From Bacteroidales bacterium (GTDB lineage: Bacteria; Bacteroidota; Bacteroidia; Bacteroidales; GCA-2748055), in assembly GCA_040880545.1 (NCBI GenBank), contig JBBDIE010000158.1:9358-73357 (forward strand): a DNA stretch of 64,000 nucleotides. The letters are read 5' to 3'. Below, piece by piece: positions 26,950 through 36,925 of the stretch; position 1 is the first letter of the stretch; every line of letters begins with the position of its first letter. Below the pieces are notes generated by a model. The model worked only from the letters and a program-made list of their open reading frames with translations. It ran no database searches and was not told the DNA's origin. The translations under genes were made by a program, and so were the position numbers.

Positions 26950-27863
26950 ATCGCAAGTTCACTGTAATTAAACCAGGGAGTCATCCCTTTTCCGGTTAAA
27001 TAGGAGGATAGCCTTTCCCTGTCCCATTCGGTGACCAGCAGAGCAAAATCCCCTCCCCATGCGCCAAGTGATTTCACATATCCCTCAAGGTCATTAAATT
27101 GTACGGATTTAAGGGCTGGAATGTTCAGTATTTCTGACAATTTGTTTTCGTGTTCCATGATTAATGAACCTAAATCATTAGGAGATGCGGCCTTGAGGAA
27201 TTTTCCGGTAAGCGACGAAAAGTATGCCACATCATCAGGGTTCGGTTGATAATTGTTGAGGAATGCAGCAACGCTCTTCCCGGATTCCTGTTTCTTTCCC
27301 AGATAGACCAGCCACATTTTATCCATAAAACCGGGTCTGAAATCAACCGACTGAACCACCGGCATTTCATTCAGTACCTGGTAAAGTATAGGTCCTTCAG
27401 ATGTGGCACAGGCTACATCATATCCTGATCCTCGTGAGATTCGGAAATGGAGTTGCATGGAATCAATACCTGCCCACTGTGCAAGCAAGGAGGTCAGCGT
27501 TGATGAACTCCCAAATCCGAACCGGGGATCAAATTCGAGGTTGGTGATGACATCCCCGGCATGGAGATATTTCATAAATTCCGGTTTAATTTCCACCAGG
27601 CTCCGGAGCATCCTCTTCAGGTTTTCGGATTGCTGACCACTGCTGGTTTTAATTATTCCCAGGTCATCCAGGGAGAGGATTGTTTCGAACCATATTTCTG
27701 AATTATACCGGGCAATCCAGTGAAACTGACCTACCACTTTTTTATCAATCACATGGAGGTGCTGGCCCACATTGAGAGGCACAGCAAGGGCTCTGGCTCC
27801 ATGCAGAATCATAAATTCTGAAGTAAGAAGAATTTTACCTCTTGCGTAAAATTGACGGTTCAT
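26946..27863 (-). CDS. GYDIA-family GHMP kinase (probable second mevalonate-pathway kinase)
   Basis: 305 aa. GKILLTSEFMILHGARALAVP, GFGSSSTLTSLL and GSGYDVACA (the GYDIA signature). ATGA overlap with the downstream decarboxylase gene. Confidence 0.7.
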   Translation of the reverse strand: MNRQFYARGKILLTSEFMILHGARALAVPLNVGQHLHVIDKKVVGQFHWIARYNSEIWFETILSLDDLGIIKTSSGQQSENLKRMLRSLVEIKPEFMKYLHAGDVITNLEFDPRFGFGSSSTLTSLLAQWAGIDSMQLHFRISRGSGYDVACATSEGPILYQVLNEMPVVQSVDFRPGFMDKMWLVYLGKKQESGKSVAAFLNNYQPNPDDVAYFSSLTGKFLKAASPNDLGSLIMEHENKLSEILNIPALKSVQFNDLEGYVKSLGAWGGDFALLVTEWDRERLSSYLTGKGMTPWFNYSELAI

Positions 27864-27869
27864 TATCTG

Positions 27870-29189
27870 TTATTTCGTGTCGCTGATAAATTTCCTTACA
27901 TCTGCGTAACTCACTGTTCTGTTGGAGAAATAATCCATGGCTGAATTTCTCTGCTCCTCATCGGCGCCAAGCTGACGCAGGATATTGGAAAGATGCATTT
28001 TCATATGCCCTTGCTGGATTCCGCCTGTGATCAGTGAGCGAATGGCGCTGAAGTTGCTGGCAAGTCCCGTGGATGCGATGATCATCATGAGCTCTTCAGC
28101 ACCCGGGTCCTGAAGTATCTTCAGGCTTGCTCTGGCCAGAGGATGTAAAGAGGTTAACCCTCCTACCGAGCCAACCGACATGGGTAGCTCAAGTTCAAAA
28201 CGGAAAACATTTCCTGATATTTCTGCCCGTGAAAGACTACAATAGCTGCCCTGCCTGGCCGCATACGCATGTCCGCATGCTTCTACAGCCCTGAAATCAT
28301 TACCAGTGGCAATTACAACGGCATCGATTCCGTTAAAAATTCCCTTGTTATGGGTAACCGCCCTGGAGATATCGTGATGGGCAATTTCAGTGGCGCGTAC
28401 GAACTTTTCAGCAAATGCAAGCCCCGACAGTTTAGGGTCAAAGGAATCGAATGAACGGACATCTGTCTCCACGGTTGCTTTAACACGGCTGCCTGGTGTA
28501 AAGTTGGAGAGGATCGACATCACAATCATCAATTCACCTGTCATGTTCTGATCAACTACTGCCTCTTTAACAACAGCTTGCCATTTTACTGCCAATGCTT
28601 CGAGTACCGTATTGATGAAGTTGGCTCCCATGGCATCCCCGGTGCCGAATTCTGTATGTAATTGATAATAGTCTGAAAGGGTGCCAGTAAGGTCGACCAG
28701 TGAAATATCTGAAATTCCACCACCGCGATTTTGCATTGATGCTGTTAACGGATCCAGGGAGCGGATGAGAAATGTACGCTTTTGCCGGAACAACTCCTTC
28801 AGAAAATCGGGTTGCCCGGTCCATTGGAAATGAACCTGCCCGGTTTTTATCGGTTTTTCTACCTGCGCATTGAAACCGCCATGCCCGGCCCAGAACTTGG
28901 CAGCATTTGACACGGCAGCCACCACTGAACTCTCCTCAATGGCCATGGGAACCACGAACCATTTCCCGTTGATCTTGAAATTGGGAGCCAGACCGAAAGG
29001 AAGATGAAAGGCAGAGACCGTATTTTCACTGAATTCGTTGTACAGTGACTGCAATTCTTTGTCGGGATGCAGATGAGAGGCGAGGACAGCGGCATATTCT
29101 GAGGGAAGTCCAAATTCATCCTGCACCCATTGAACCTTCTCCATGGGTGTAAACTTAGAGAAGCCTGAAATTGTCTCCTTCTGAGCCAT
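27870..29189 (-). CDS. mvaA: class II hydroxymethylglutaryl-CoA reductase
   Basis: 439 aa (class II size). GDAMGANFINT, SVGSVGGLT and GIQQGHMKMHLSN (catalytic His context). Confidence 0.9.
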   Translation of the reverse strand: MAQKETISGFSKFTPMEKVQWVQDEFGLPSEYAAVLASHLHPDKELQSLYNEFSENTVSAFHLPFGLAPNFKINGKWFVVPMAIEESSVVAAVSNAAKFWAGHGGFNAQVEKPIKTGQVHFQWTGQPDFLKELFRQKRTFLIRSLDPLTASMQNRGGGISDISLVDLTGTLSDYYQLHTEFGTGDAMGANFINTVLEALAVKWQAVVKEAVVDQNMTGELMIVMSILSNFTPGSRVKATVETDVRSFDSFDPKLSGLAFAEKFVRATEIAHHDISRAVTHNKGIFNGIDAVVIATGNDFRAVEACGHAYAARQGSYCSLSRAEISGNVFRFELELPMSVGSVGGLTSLHPLARASLKILQDPGAEELMMIIASTGLASNFSAIRSLITGGIQQGHMKMHLSNILRQLGADEEQRNSAMDYFSNRTVSYADVRKFISDTK

Positions 29190-29195
29190 AATGCT

Positions 29196-30194
29196 TTATT
29201 TAACGGTAAGATAGGCATACGCCATCTCCAGACCCTTTACCTGCCCTTCAACAAATTTATGAAGATGATCATAATCTTCACGTGCATGTTCCAAAAAAGT
29301 TGAAGCCATTCCATAAATTGCCGGTAATTCAGACTTTTGAAGCAGGTAATATCCATCCAGGAAATTTTTGATCCCCCCCGAAATGACCAGCGCATTGCAA
29401 GCTGGTTTTTCTACAGCAATTATGGCATTGATTGATTGAACCATGGAGAGGGCATCCTCCCCGATATATGACAGGGGTTCCAGTAGGGATGTATTGGAGT
29501 TTTCATTCCTGAGCAACTCCAGTCTTGCAAAATTTGTTCCGCCGAATGCAGCCAGTTCGATGGCGCTGACCGGTAATTGTAACAACGCCTTCAGGCTGGC
29601 GGGCCCCATTCCCTGCCCCACCTCTTTAACGATCACCGGAAATTTGAACCTATCCAGCAATTTCGAAATAGTATCAATGGGGGGATACTCCAGGATATCA
29701 CCTTCTGACTGAAACCACTCCTGCATGGGGTTCACATGAATGATAAGTCCATCGGCATCGAGCCTTTCAATCAGCCTTTCTGCCAGCGATACTTTTTTCT
29801 CCACCACCAGTTCTTCCACCTGTGCAATACCGAGATTTGCCCATAGCGGTCTGTCGGGGCCTATGAAAGGGCGCATATTAAAATCTTCAAAATAGCTGTT
29901 GTCATCCAGGATGATCCTGCATGAGCCGAGTCCCATACCCATTCCAAACTCTTTGCAAGCCCTGGCCAGGTTGCGGTTGATGGTACCTGCCATCTTTGTT
30001 CCCCCGGTCATGCTACTTACCCATAACGGAACATCGAAATCCCTTTCAAGAAATTTAAATGGTTTTAGTCCGTCAGTGGGGTGTGCAGATAGCAATGGTT
30101 CGTAATGAAAACGATCATCCATTTTTGCTATCCCGGTTTGGGAGCTGAATGCCAGGTCGATATGGTCTTTTTTTCTGGACTCAAGTGATTCCAT
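29196..30194 (-). CDS. fni: type 2 (FMN-dependent) isopentenyl-diphosphate delta-isomerase
   Basis: 332 aa. N-terminal RKKDHIDL, then SSMTGGT, VKEVGQGMG and FGGTNFA motifs. Confidence 0.9.
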   Translation of the reverse strand: MESLESRKKDHIDLAFSSQTGIAKMDDRFHYEPLLSAHPTDGLKPFKFLERDFDVPLWVSSMTGGTKMAGTINRNLARACKEFGMGMGLGSCRIILDDNSYFEDFNMRPFIGPDRPLWANLGIAQVEELVVEKKVSLAERLIERLDADGLIIHVNPMQEWFQSEGDILEYPPIDTISKLLDRFKFPVIVKEVGQGMGPASLKALLQLPVSAIELAAFGGTNFARLELLRNENSNTSLLEPLSYIGEDALSMVQSINAIIAVEKPACNALVISGGIKNFLDGYYLLQKSELPAIYGMASTFLEHAREDYDHLHKFVEGQVKGLEMAYAYLTVK

Positions 30195-30207
30195 AATTGT
30201 TGGGATG

Positions 30208-31359
30208 TTACCTGATACCTAAATGGCGGGAGATGATCAGACGTATAATTTCTGATGTGCCCTCACCTATTTCCAGAATACGCTGGTCTCTGTAAAATCT
30301 CTCTATGGGATTGTCTTTCATTAAGCCGTGGGCACCGTGGATCTGTAGCGATTCATTGGCCACTTCCCTGGCAATTTCAGAGGTGTATAATTTTGCCATG
30401 GCCGCCTCCTTACCAAACGGGTAGTTGTTATCTTTCAACCAGCAGGCCTTATAAAGCAGGTTTCTGGCGAGTTCAATTTTCATAGCCATATCGGCCAGTT
30501 TAAAGGAGTTGACCTGAAAACTGTGGATCGGCTTCCCGAATTGTACCCGTTTACCCGAATATTCCATGGCCATTTCAAACGCACCCTGTGCAAGACCCAA
30601 ACCCATGGCAGCAATTGAGAGCCTGCCTGCGTCGAGGGTGGCAAGCATGATTTTGGAACCCTTGCCCCGTTCACCAAGGATATACGATTCAGGAACTGTT
30701 ACATTATCGAAAAATATCCGCCCGGTATCGGCACTGCGCCACATCATCTTCGAATTGATCAGTTCACAGCTGTATCCCGCTGTATCCCGGGGTACCAAAA
30801 TAACAGACAGCTCCTTTTTCCCGCTTTCACGGGTACCCGTAACAGCCTGTACAGTAACGCCACCAGCCATTTCCGAAGCGGCATTGGTAATATAGATTTT
30901 CTTTCCATTGATCACCCACTGGCCATTTTTTAGTTCGGCACTGGTCTCCGTATTGTTGGAATCTGAGCCTGCATTAGGTTCTGTCAGCCCAAATGCCCAT
31001 AATTTTTTCCCTGTTGTAAGCATGGGCAGGAACTGTTTTTTCTGCTCCTCGGTGCCATATGCCATAATGGGCGCCTGCCCCAGTGAATTATGGGCAGCCA
31101 CGGTTGCAGCCTGCGAACCGTCTATCCGGGCGATCTCTTCAACCGCCAGAATGTACGACATGGTATCCATCCCCATACCTCCATATTCTTGAGGTGTTAT
31201 AATACGAAGGTATCCCTCATCGAACATCTTCTCCGTGATTTCCGTGGAGAAGGCCGATCGATCGTCGAGATCGCTGGCTACAGGCTTGATCTCCTTTTCT
31301 GCAAAGGCTCTTACCTGCTCTCTGAATTCTTCATGCTTTTTTGTTAACAGAGGATCCAT
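30208..31359 (-). CDS. acyl-CoA dehydrogenase (isovaleryl-CoA dehydrogenase by context)
   Basis: 383 aa with ACAD fold throughout. The C-terminal motif is EIGEGTSEI. It sits between the carboxylase genes and the mevalonate genes. Confidence 0.75.
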   Translation of the reverse strand: MDPLLTKKHEEFREQVRAFAEKEIKPVASDLDDRSAFSTEITEKMFDEGYLRIITPQEYGGMGMDTMSYILAVEEIARIDGSQAATVAAHNSLGQAPIMAYGTEEQKKQFLPMLTTGKKLWAFGLTEPNAGSDSNNTETSAELKNGQWVINGKKIYITNAASEMAGGVTVQAVTGTRESGKKELSVILVPRDTAGYSCELINSKMMWRSADTGRIFFDNVTVPESYILGERGKGSKIMLATLDAGRLSIAAMGLGLAQGAFEMAMEYSGKRVQFGKPIHSFQVNSFKLADMAMKIELARNLLYKACWLKDNNYPFGKEAAMAKLYTSEIAREVANESLQIHGAHGLMKDNPIERFYRDQRILEIGEGTSEIIRLIISRHLGIR

Positions 31360-31365
31360 TAAATT

Positions 31366-33360
31366 CTATTTTAAAATAATTAATAATTTGTTTAACTCAA
31401 CCAACTCCCCGACACTTACTTTAATTTTGTCTATCTCAGCATCTTTGGGAGATGCAATCCTGTTTTCCATTTTCATGGATTCAATAATAAGGAGTGTATC
31501 CCCAAAACTAACTGGGTCAGCCTCCTGTACTGCAATTTTTACAACCTTTCCGTTTAGTGGGGCGTTGATTTCGTTGGAGCCTGCTTTTGCATGGGTTTTC
31601 ACAGAATTCTCCAAATACCGGTCATCAGGTATGTCCAATCTCTTTGCAAAGAAAGTAAAATGTTCAATATCAATTACAATTTCGGGACCATCAAGATCTG
31701 CCCAGCAATCATATTGTTGTCCATTAATCTGCAATTTGTAACAAGAATCTTTATAATCCAATATTTCAACGGAAATCATTTTACCCTCGGCCTGGAGTTT
31801 GATCATTTTCGCGGATTTGATTATTCTGAAGGGAATCCGGTAGGTTTTATCATTAAATTGTATCTGAATATCAGACATTTGCCTCCATTGGCCAATTTCG
31901 TTCCAGATAGATGAGGCCAACCTGTTTTTGTACCTGTGATTCAGTGCAGCCACGGCCATGATGGATAGTGTCAAGGCCAGGGAAGGCCTGTTTTTAGCGT
32001 TTTCCATTCGCTGAATAATGGAAGGCAGGTGCTGATCAATATATTTTGTACTAATACTATTATCTTCAAAATCTTCCGATTGAAGAAGGGTCACCAGGAA
32101 ATCCCTGTTTGTGGTAATCCCCGACAGATGATAATTTTTAATTCCCAGGATCAACTTCCTGATGGCCTCGTTCCTGTCTGTTCCATGTGAAATCAGTTTA
32201 GCAACCAGTGGGTCATACAAAGGCGAAACAGTATTTCCCTGAACATAACCTTCGTCGATCCTGACGTGCGTCCCGACGGATGTTTTATTCCTGATGGTTC
32301 CACTGGCCGGCATGAACTCTTTTCTCGGATCTTCGGCATACACCCTTGCCTCCATTGCATGACCGTTTATCCGAATATCATTCTGGCGAACGGAGAGTAT
32401 GGCACCCCCTGCAATTTGTAGTTGTTCCTTCACGATGTCCAGGCCTGTGATCAATTCCGTAACCGGATTTTCAACCTGTATCCGGGTGTTCATCTCCATA
32501 AAATAGAATGCCTCGTTTTCGTCCACAAGGAATTCAATGGTACCTGCATTTGTGTAGCCAATCTCACTGGCCAGTTTCAGTGCACTTTCGAATATTTTTT
32601 TCCTGGTATTCAATGACAGGGAAGTGGCAGGGGCTTCTTCAATGATCTTCTGATGCCTTCGCTGCAGGGTGCATTCACGATCGAAGAGATGGACCATGTT
32701 GCCATGGTGGTCGCCAAGCATTTGAACCTCAATATGTCTTGCCTTCTGAATGTAACGCTCCACGTACAGTTCACCGGATCCAAAGTAATTCAATGATTCC
32801 CTGGTGGCATCCAATAAAGCTTCAGCAAGTTCTGCGCTGGATCCAACGATTTTCATCCCTTTTCCTCCGCCTCCGGCAGCGGGTTTAATCAATAAAGGAT
32901 AGGGCAGTTCATTGGCCATTCCTGTCAACTCCTGCACCGTTCCTTTTCTTCCCTCCAAAACCGGGATGCCAATTTTTTTTGTCATTTCACGGGCATTAGC
33001 CTTGTTGCCCATGAGGTCAATGACTTCCGGTGACGGACCGATAAATACAAGATCATTCTTCCTGCAAAGACGGGCAAAGTCGCCATTTTCAGCAAGGAAA
33101 CCATAACCGGGATGAATGGCAGAAGCATTGCTTTTTCGAGCAATATCAATGATAAGTTGTTGGTTCAGGAATGTATCCTGAATTGCCCCGTTGCCCAATG
33201 GCCATGCTTCATCAGCAAGTTGTACGTAAGGCATATCTTTATCGGATCCAGGGTATATTGCCACTGACTGCAATCCCGATTGCCTGATAGCGCTGATCAC
33301 CCTGACAGCTATTTCGCCGCGATTGGCCACAAGTATTTTATGGAGACCGGGTTTATTCAT
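31366..33360 (-). CDS. mccA: methylcrotonoyl-CoA carboxylase alpha subunit (biotin carboxylase + BCCP)
   Basis: ATP-grasp biotin carboxylase (KILVANRGEIAVRV) with a C-terminal biotinyl domain (IESMKMEN). I prefer ATG 33360 (MNKPGLHKILVANRGE) over the ORF-track start at 33396. This gives an 8-nt ATGAATAA overlap with the hydratase stop. Confidence 0.8.
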   Translation of the reverse strand: MNKPGLHKILVANRGEIAVRVISAIRQSGLQSVAIYPGSDKDMPYVQLADEAWPLGNGAIQDTFLNQQLIIDIARKSNASAIHPGYGFLAENGDFARLCRKNDLVFIGPSPEVIDLMGNKANAREMTKKIGIPVLEGRKGTVQELTGMANELPYPLLIKPAAGGGGKGMKIVGSSAELAEALLDATRESLNYFGSGELYVERYIQKARHIEVQMLGDHHGNMVHLFDRECTLQRRHQKIIEEAPATSLSLNTRKKIFESALKLASEIGYTNAGTIEFLVDENEAFYFMEMNTRIQVENPVTELITGLDIVKEQLQIAGGAILSVRQNDIRINGHAMEARVYAEDPRKEFMPASGTIRNKTSVGTHVRIDEGYVQGNTVSPLYDPLVAKLISHGTDRNEAIRKLILGIKNYHLSGITTNRDFLVTLLQSEDFEDNSISTKYIDQHLPSIIQRMENAKNRPSLALTLSIMAVAALNHRYKNRLASSIWNEIGQWRQMSDIQIQFNDKTYRIPFRIIKSAKMIKLQAEGKMISVEILDYKDSCYKLQINGQQYDCWADLDGPEIVIDIEHFTFFAKRLDIPDDRYLENSVKTHAKAGSNEINAPLNGKVVKIAVQEADPVSFGDTLLIIESMKMENRIASPKDAEIDKIKVSVGELVELNKLLIILK

Positions 33361-34144
33361 CTCTCCATCGGGGTTCTCGTTTCTCAAAAAAGGCATTGAT
33401 TCCTTCCCGACCCTCTTCAGATAACCTGTATTTTGTCAGAAGTTCTGCGGAATAATCGATCAGTTTGTCGGGATCCATGAGAAGGTTACCATAGCGAAAC
33501 ATCTGTTTGATGCCAGTCATTGCTTTTGGACCATTCCTGAGCAATGAATCCAGCAGTTCAGGAATGAATGTATCTAATTCCTGTTCAGGAACCAGTCTGT
33601 CGGCCAACCCTCGTGAATAAGCTTCACTTGCCGGGACTGACCGGCCGGTGAGCATCCATTCCCTGGCAGTGCTCTCGCCAGTTCTGTGTACGATATATGG
33701 TGCAATTGTAGCAGGAATCAGTCCTAATTTTACTTCAGAAAAAGTGAATAATGTCTGGAATGATGCAACGGCAATATCGCAGCCTGCAATGATCCCATTG
33801 GCACCACCTATTACTTTACCCCTTCCAACGGCAATTGTAGTTTTGGAGGAATTATAAATGTTGTTGAATAGCATGGCCAGTTCCCTGCTTTCCGCTAACA
33901 GTTCTTTTTCGTTACCGGCCATTCCGCTTTTCATCCAATTCAGGTCCGCCCCTGATGAAAAATGTTCTCCCTTTGATTGGAATATAATGATCCGGATATC
34001 TTTATTTTGGTTAAAATGATGAATCATTTCAGATATTTCACGGACCATTTCAATATGCAGTGCATTGTGAAATTCGGGCCTGTTCAGAATAATCTGACCA
34101 ATGCCACCTTTGACTGATTCAAGGATAAATTTATTCTTCGACAT
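33353..34144 (-). CDS. enoyl-CoA hydratase family (methylglutaconyl-CoA hydratase by context)
   Basis: Crotonase fold (FSSGADLNW, GGANGIIAGCD). The ORF track starts at GTG 34150. ATG 34144 lies 2 nt after the upstream stop. Confidence 0.75.
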   Translation of the reverse strand: MSKNKFILESVKGGIGQIILNRPEFHNALHIEMVREISEMIHHFNQNKDIRIIIFQSKGEHFSSGADLNWMKSGMAGNEKELLAESRELAMLFNNIYNSSKTTIAVGRGKVIGGANGIIAGCDIAVASFQTLFTFSEVKLGLIPATIAPYIVHRTGESTAREWMLTGRSVPASEAYSRGLADRLVPEQELDTFIPELLDSLLRNGPKAMTGIKQMFRYGNLLMDPDKLIDYSAELLTKYRLSEEGREGINAFFEKREPRWRDE

Positions 34145-34146
34145 AA

Positions 34147-35754
34147 TCACATTCTGAATACTCCGTATTTGGGATTCTGAAATTTTTTATTCAACGATAT
34201 GGAAATGGACATTCCCAAAATTTTCCTGGTCTCTGCCGGCTCTATGATTCCGTCATCCCACAACCTTGAACTGCTGTAATATGCAGCGCCTTCCCGCTCA
34301 TATTTTTCAATAATCGGTCTGCGAATCTCCTCCTTTTGTTCATCACTTATTTTTTCACCATTGGCCGTCAGCTGATCTTCCCTGATGGTTGCCAGTACAT
34401 CCGCAGCCTGTTCACCTCCCATTACTGAAATTTTTGCATTGGGCCACATGAAGAGCAGGTTGGGATCGTATGCCCTGCCTGACATGGCATAATTTCCTGC
34501 CCCAAAAGATCCTCCAATGATGATGGTAAACCGGGGAACCCGAGTGTTGGCCACTGCATGGACCATTTTCGCACCGTCTTTAGCAATACCACCATGTTCA
34601 TAATCTTTTCCTACCATAAAACCGGAAATGTTCTGCAGGAAAATAATAGGAAGTTTCCTGTAATCGCATAACTGGATGAAATGAGTCCCTTTCAGTGCTG
34701 CTTCGGAGAAGAGGATACCATTGTTGGCGATAATACCCACAGGATATCCCATGAGATGGGCAAAGCCGGTCACCAGGGTGGTCCCGTAATTTTTTTTGAA
34801 TTCAGAAAATTCACTGCCATCTGTCAGACGGGCGATAATTTCCCGCACGTCATAGGATTCACGGTTTGTAACAGGGAGTATACCAGTGATCTCGTCAGCA
34901 TTGTACAGTGGTTCTCTGACTTCAATGCGGTCCGCCGGCTCTCTTTCTGACGGCTGGATGGTTTCAAAAATATTGCGGCAGATCCGTAAAGCATCCCGGT
35001 CATCTTCAGCAAGGTGATCAGCAACACCTGAAATGGAAGTGTGTACATACCCCCCTCCCAGTTCCTCAGCGGTTACCACCTCTCCGGTAGCTGCCTTTAC
35101 GAGCGGTGGACCCCCCAGAAATATGGTTCCCTGGTTCTTTACAATAATTGTTTCATCGCTCATTGCAGGGACGTATGCTCCTCCGGCTGTACATGATCCC
35201 ATTACTGCAGCTACCTGTGGAATGCCTTCAGCGGAAAGTCGTGCCTGGTTGTAGAATATACGTCCAAAATCATCTTTATCAGGAAATACATCAGCCTGAT
35301 TGGGCAGGAATACACCACCCGAATCAACCAGGTAAACTAATGGCAAGTGATTTTTCAGAGCGATTTCCTGGGCACGTAAATGTTTTTTAATGGTTTCCTC
35401 AATATAGGTACCCCCTTTAACGGTAGCATCGTTGGCAATGATAACGGTCTCCTTACCATGTATGATCCCGATGCCCGTGACGATTCCAGCCGATGGGAAC
35501 TCATTGTTATATTGATCATAAGCTGCCAGGGCAGAAAGCTCCAGAAACGGAGTATTTGCGTCCAGTAACAGGTTGATCCTGTCGCGAACCAATAATTTAC
35601 CTCGTGATATATGTTTATCCCTGGAAATTTCTGGTCCGCCGGCAGATACATCTGCTAACACAGAACGATAGTCGCTGAGAAGTGCATCGTGAAATCGTTT
35701 TCTTTTCTCAAAACCAGTTCCGTTTGTTTCTATTTTAGTTTTCAGAGGATTCAA
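34147..35754 (-). CDS. mccB: methylcrotonoyl-CoA carboxylase beta subunit (carboxyltransferase)
   Basis: 535 aa. [10 protein letters not shown] and [14 protein letters not shown] carboxyltransferase motifs. TTG start, with no in-frame ATG near the N-terminus. Confidence 0.8.
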   Translation of the reverse strand: MNPLKTKIETNGTGFEKRKRFHDALLSDYRSVLADVSAGGPEISRDKHISRGKLLVRDRINLLLDANTPFLELSALAAYDQYNNEFPSAGIVTGIGIIHGKETVIIANDATVKGGTYIEETIKKHLRAQEIALKNHLPLVYLVDSGGVFLPNQADVFPDKDDFGRIFYNQARLSAEGIPQVAAVMGSCTAGGAYVPAMSDETIIVKNQGTIFLGGPPLVKAATGEVVTAEELGGGYVHTSISGVADHLAEDDRDALRICRNIFETIQPSEREPADRIEVREPLYNADEITGILPVTNRESYDVREIIARLTDGSEFSEFKKNYGTTLVTGFAHLMGYPVGIIANNGILFSEAALKGTHFIQLCDYRKLPIIFLQNISGFMVGKDYEHGGIAKDGAKMVHAVANTRVPRFTIIIGGSFGAGNYAMSGRAYDPNLLFMWPNAKISVMGGEQAADVLATIREDQLTANGEKISDEQKEEIRRPIIEKYEREGAAYYSSSRLWDDGIIEPAETRKILGMSISISLNKKFQNPKYGVFRM

Positions 35755-35838
35755 TAAAATTATTATTTAGATATTCCAATAACACCTTCATTCAACTTTT
35801 GTTTAAAAGATATGATTAAAAGTTTAAACAAAGTCAAA

Positions 35839-35846
35839 CAAAGTTA
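35839..35846 (-). promoter_or_regulatory. candidate -7 promoter box (TAACTTTG) for the nine-gene liu/mevalonate operon
   Basis: Exact TAnnTTTG match on the minus strand ~85 nt upstream of the first start codon. This is the only intergenic gap over 60 nt across the operon. Confidence 0.4.
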
Positions 35847-35904
35847 ATAAATGTTCAGTTGAAATCGGGCATCTGGGAAATCTATAAATTTTATGTAGCA
35901 ACGA

Positions 35905-36675
35905 TTACTTGTCCCTGAATTCTTTGTTGGGGTCAATCTGGAGATACCTGGAGAGGAATTTTACGCCAATGTAAAAAGGTATAGTGTCAATAAATGCAGA
36001 GACCATTTTGAAGGTATAATTCGACATGATTAGAATAAAGAGTCCATGGGAAACAGTTTCACCAGGATGAATATGTATGGCGTCTGAAAATGAATAGGTT
36101 ATCAGAATTACGGCAACAGAGTCAACCATCTGACTGGTAAGGGTTGATCCGTTGTTTCTAAGCCAGAGGGCTTTTCCCTTTGTGAGTTTTTTCAACAGGT
36201 GGAATATCTGAACATCCACAAACTGGGCAGTCAGGTAGGCAATCATTGATGCGATAGTTGCCATTTTGGTCAGGCTTCTGATATGAAAAAAACTGTAGTT
36301 TGGGTGAGAAACATCGGGTAGTCCGTTGGCGCCAAGTTCAGGATGGGGAGGCAGTGCCCCTCCGATCCAGAGAATGAACAAAACCCACAGATTCAGCAAA
36401 AGGCCAACCCATACCACTGTATTTGCACGGCGTCTTCCATATAATTCACTGATAAAGTCTGTACATAAAAAGGTGATTGGATAGGGAAGGACTCCAACAA
36501 AAACAATAAAAGGAATGTTCAGGTTGCCTATAGAAAATGAAAGATCAATCTGCCTTGAAAGGCCCAAAATATTGAGTACAGCAAGCGTTCCAAGGAAAAC
36601 CCCTGAAAGTATGATGAATACCAGTTCACGCCTCCGGGCGATTTTATTATCTACGCCATCTGTTGGTCCAAACAT
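35905..36675 (-). CDS. yhhQ: queuosine-precursor transporter (YhhQ/VUT family)
   Basis: 256 aa multi-TM. PYPITFLCTDFISELYGRRRAN is characteristic of the family. Confidence 0.8.
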   Translation of the reverse strand: MFGPTDGVDNKIARRRELVFIILSGVFLGTLAVLNILGLSRQIDLSFSIGNLNIPFIVFVGVLPYPITFLCTDFISELYGRRRANTVVWVGLLLNLWVLFILWIGGALPPHPELGANGLPDVSHPNYSFFHIRSLTKMATIASMIAYLTAQFVDVQIFHLLKKLTKGKALWLRNNGSTLTSQMVDSVAVILITYSFSDAIHIHPGETVSHGLFILIMSNYTFKMVSAFIDTIPFYIGVKFLSRYLQIDPNKEFRDK

Positions 36676-36925
36676 CAGTTCAGGTTAAGTGAATGGTTTT
36701 TAAAATTATTAAATTATTTTACAAATGAAACAGTGAAGCACTTTAATTAGTAGATTTTTCGATGATAATAAATTGTTAAAACGGTGAATTGATATTACAT
36801 TTATTGATGGTTTGTCAAGGTTCTCAGGCCATTGATCTATATTTTAAAGAAACAGTCGATTGCATGAAGTCCTTAGAACCGATAATTTCGTATTTTGTTG
36901 CGTTTATTAAGCTAATTTTCAGATA

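Noticed and set aside
36676-36925. preQ1 riboswitch upstream of yhhQ
   Set aside because: YhhQ genes are often preQ1-regulated. However, the minus-strand leader lacks the GGUUC...ACC stem and the CCC...UAAAAAACUA core. The region is simply AT-rich.
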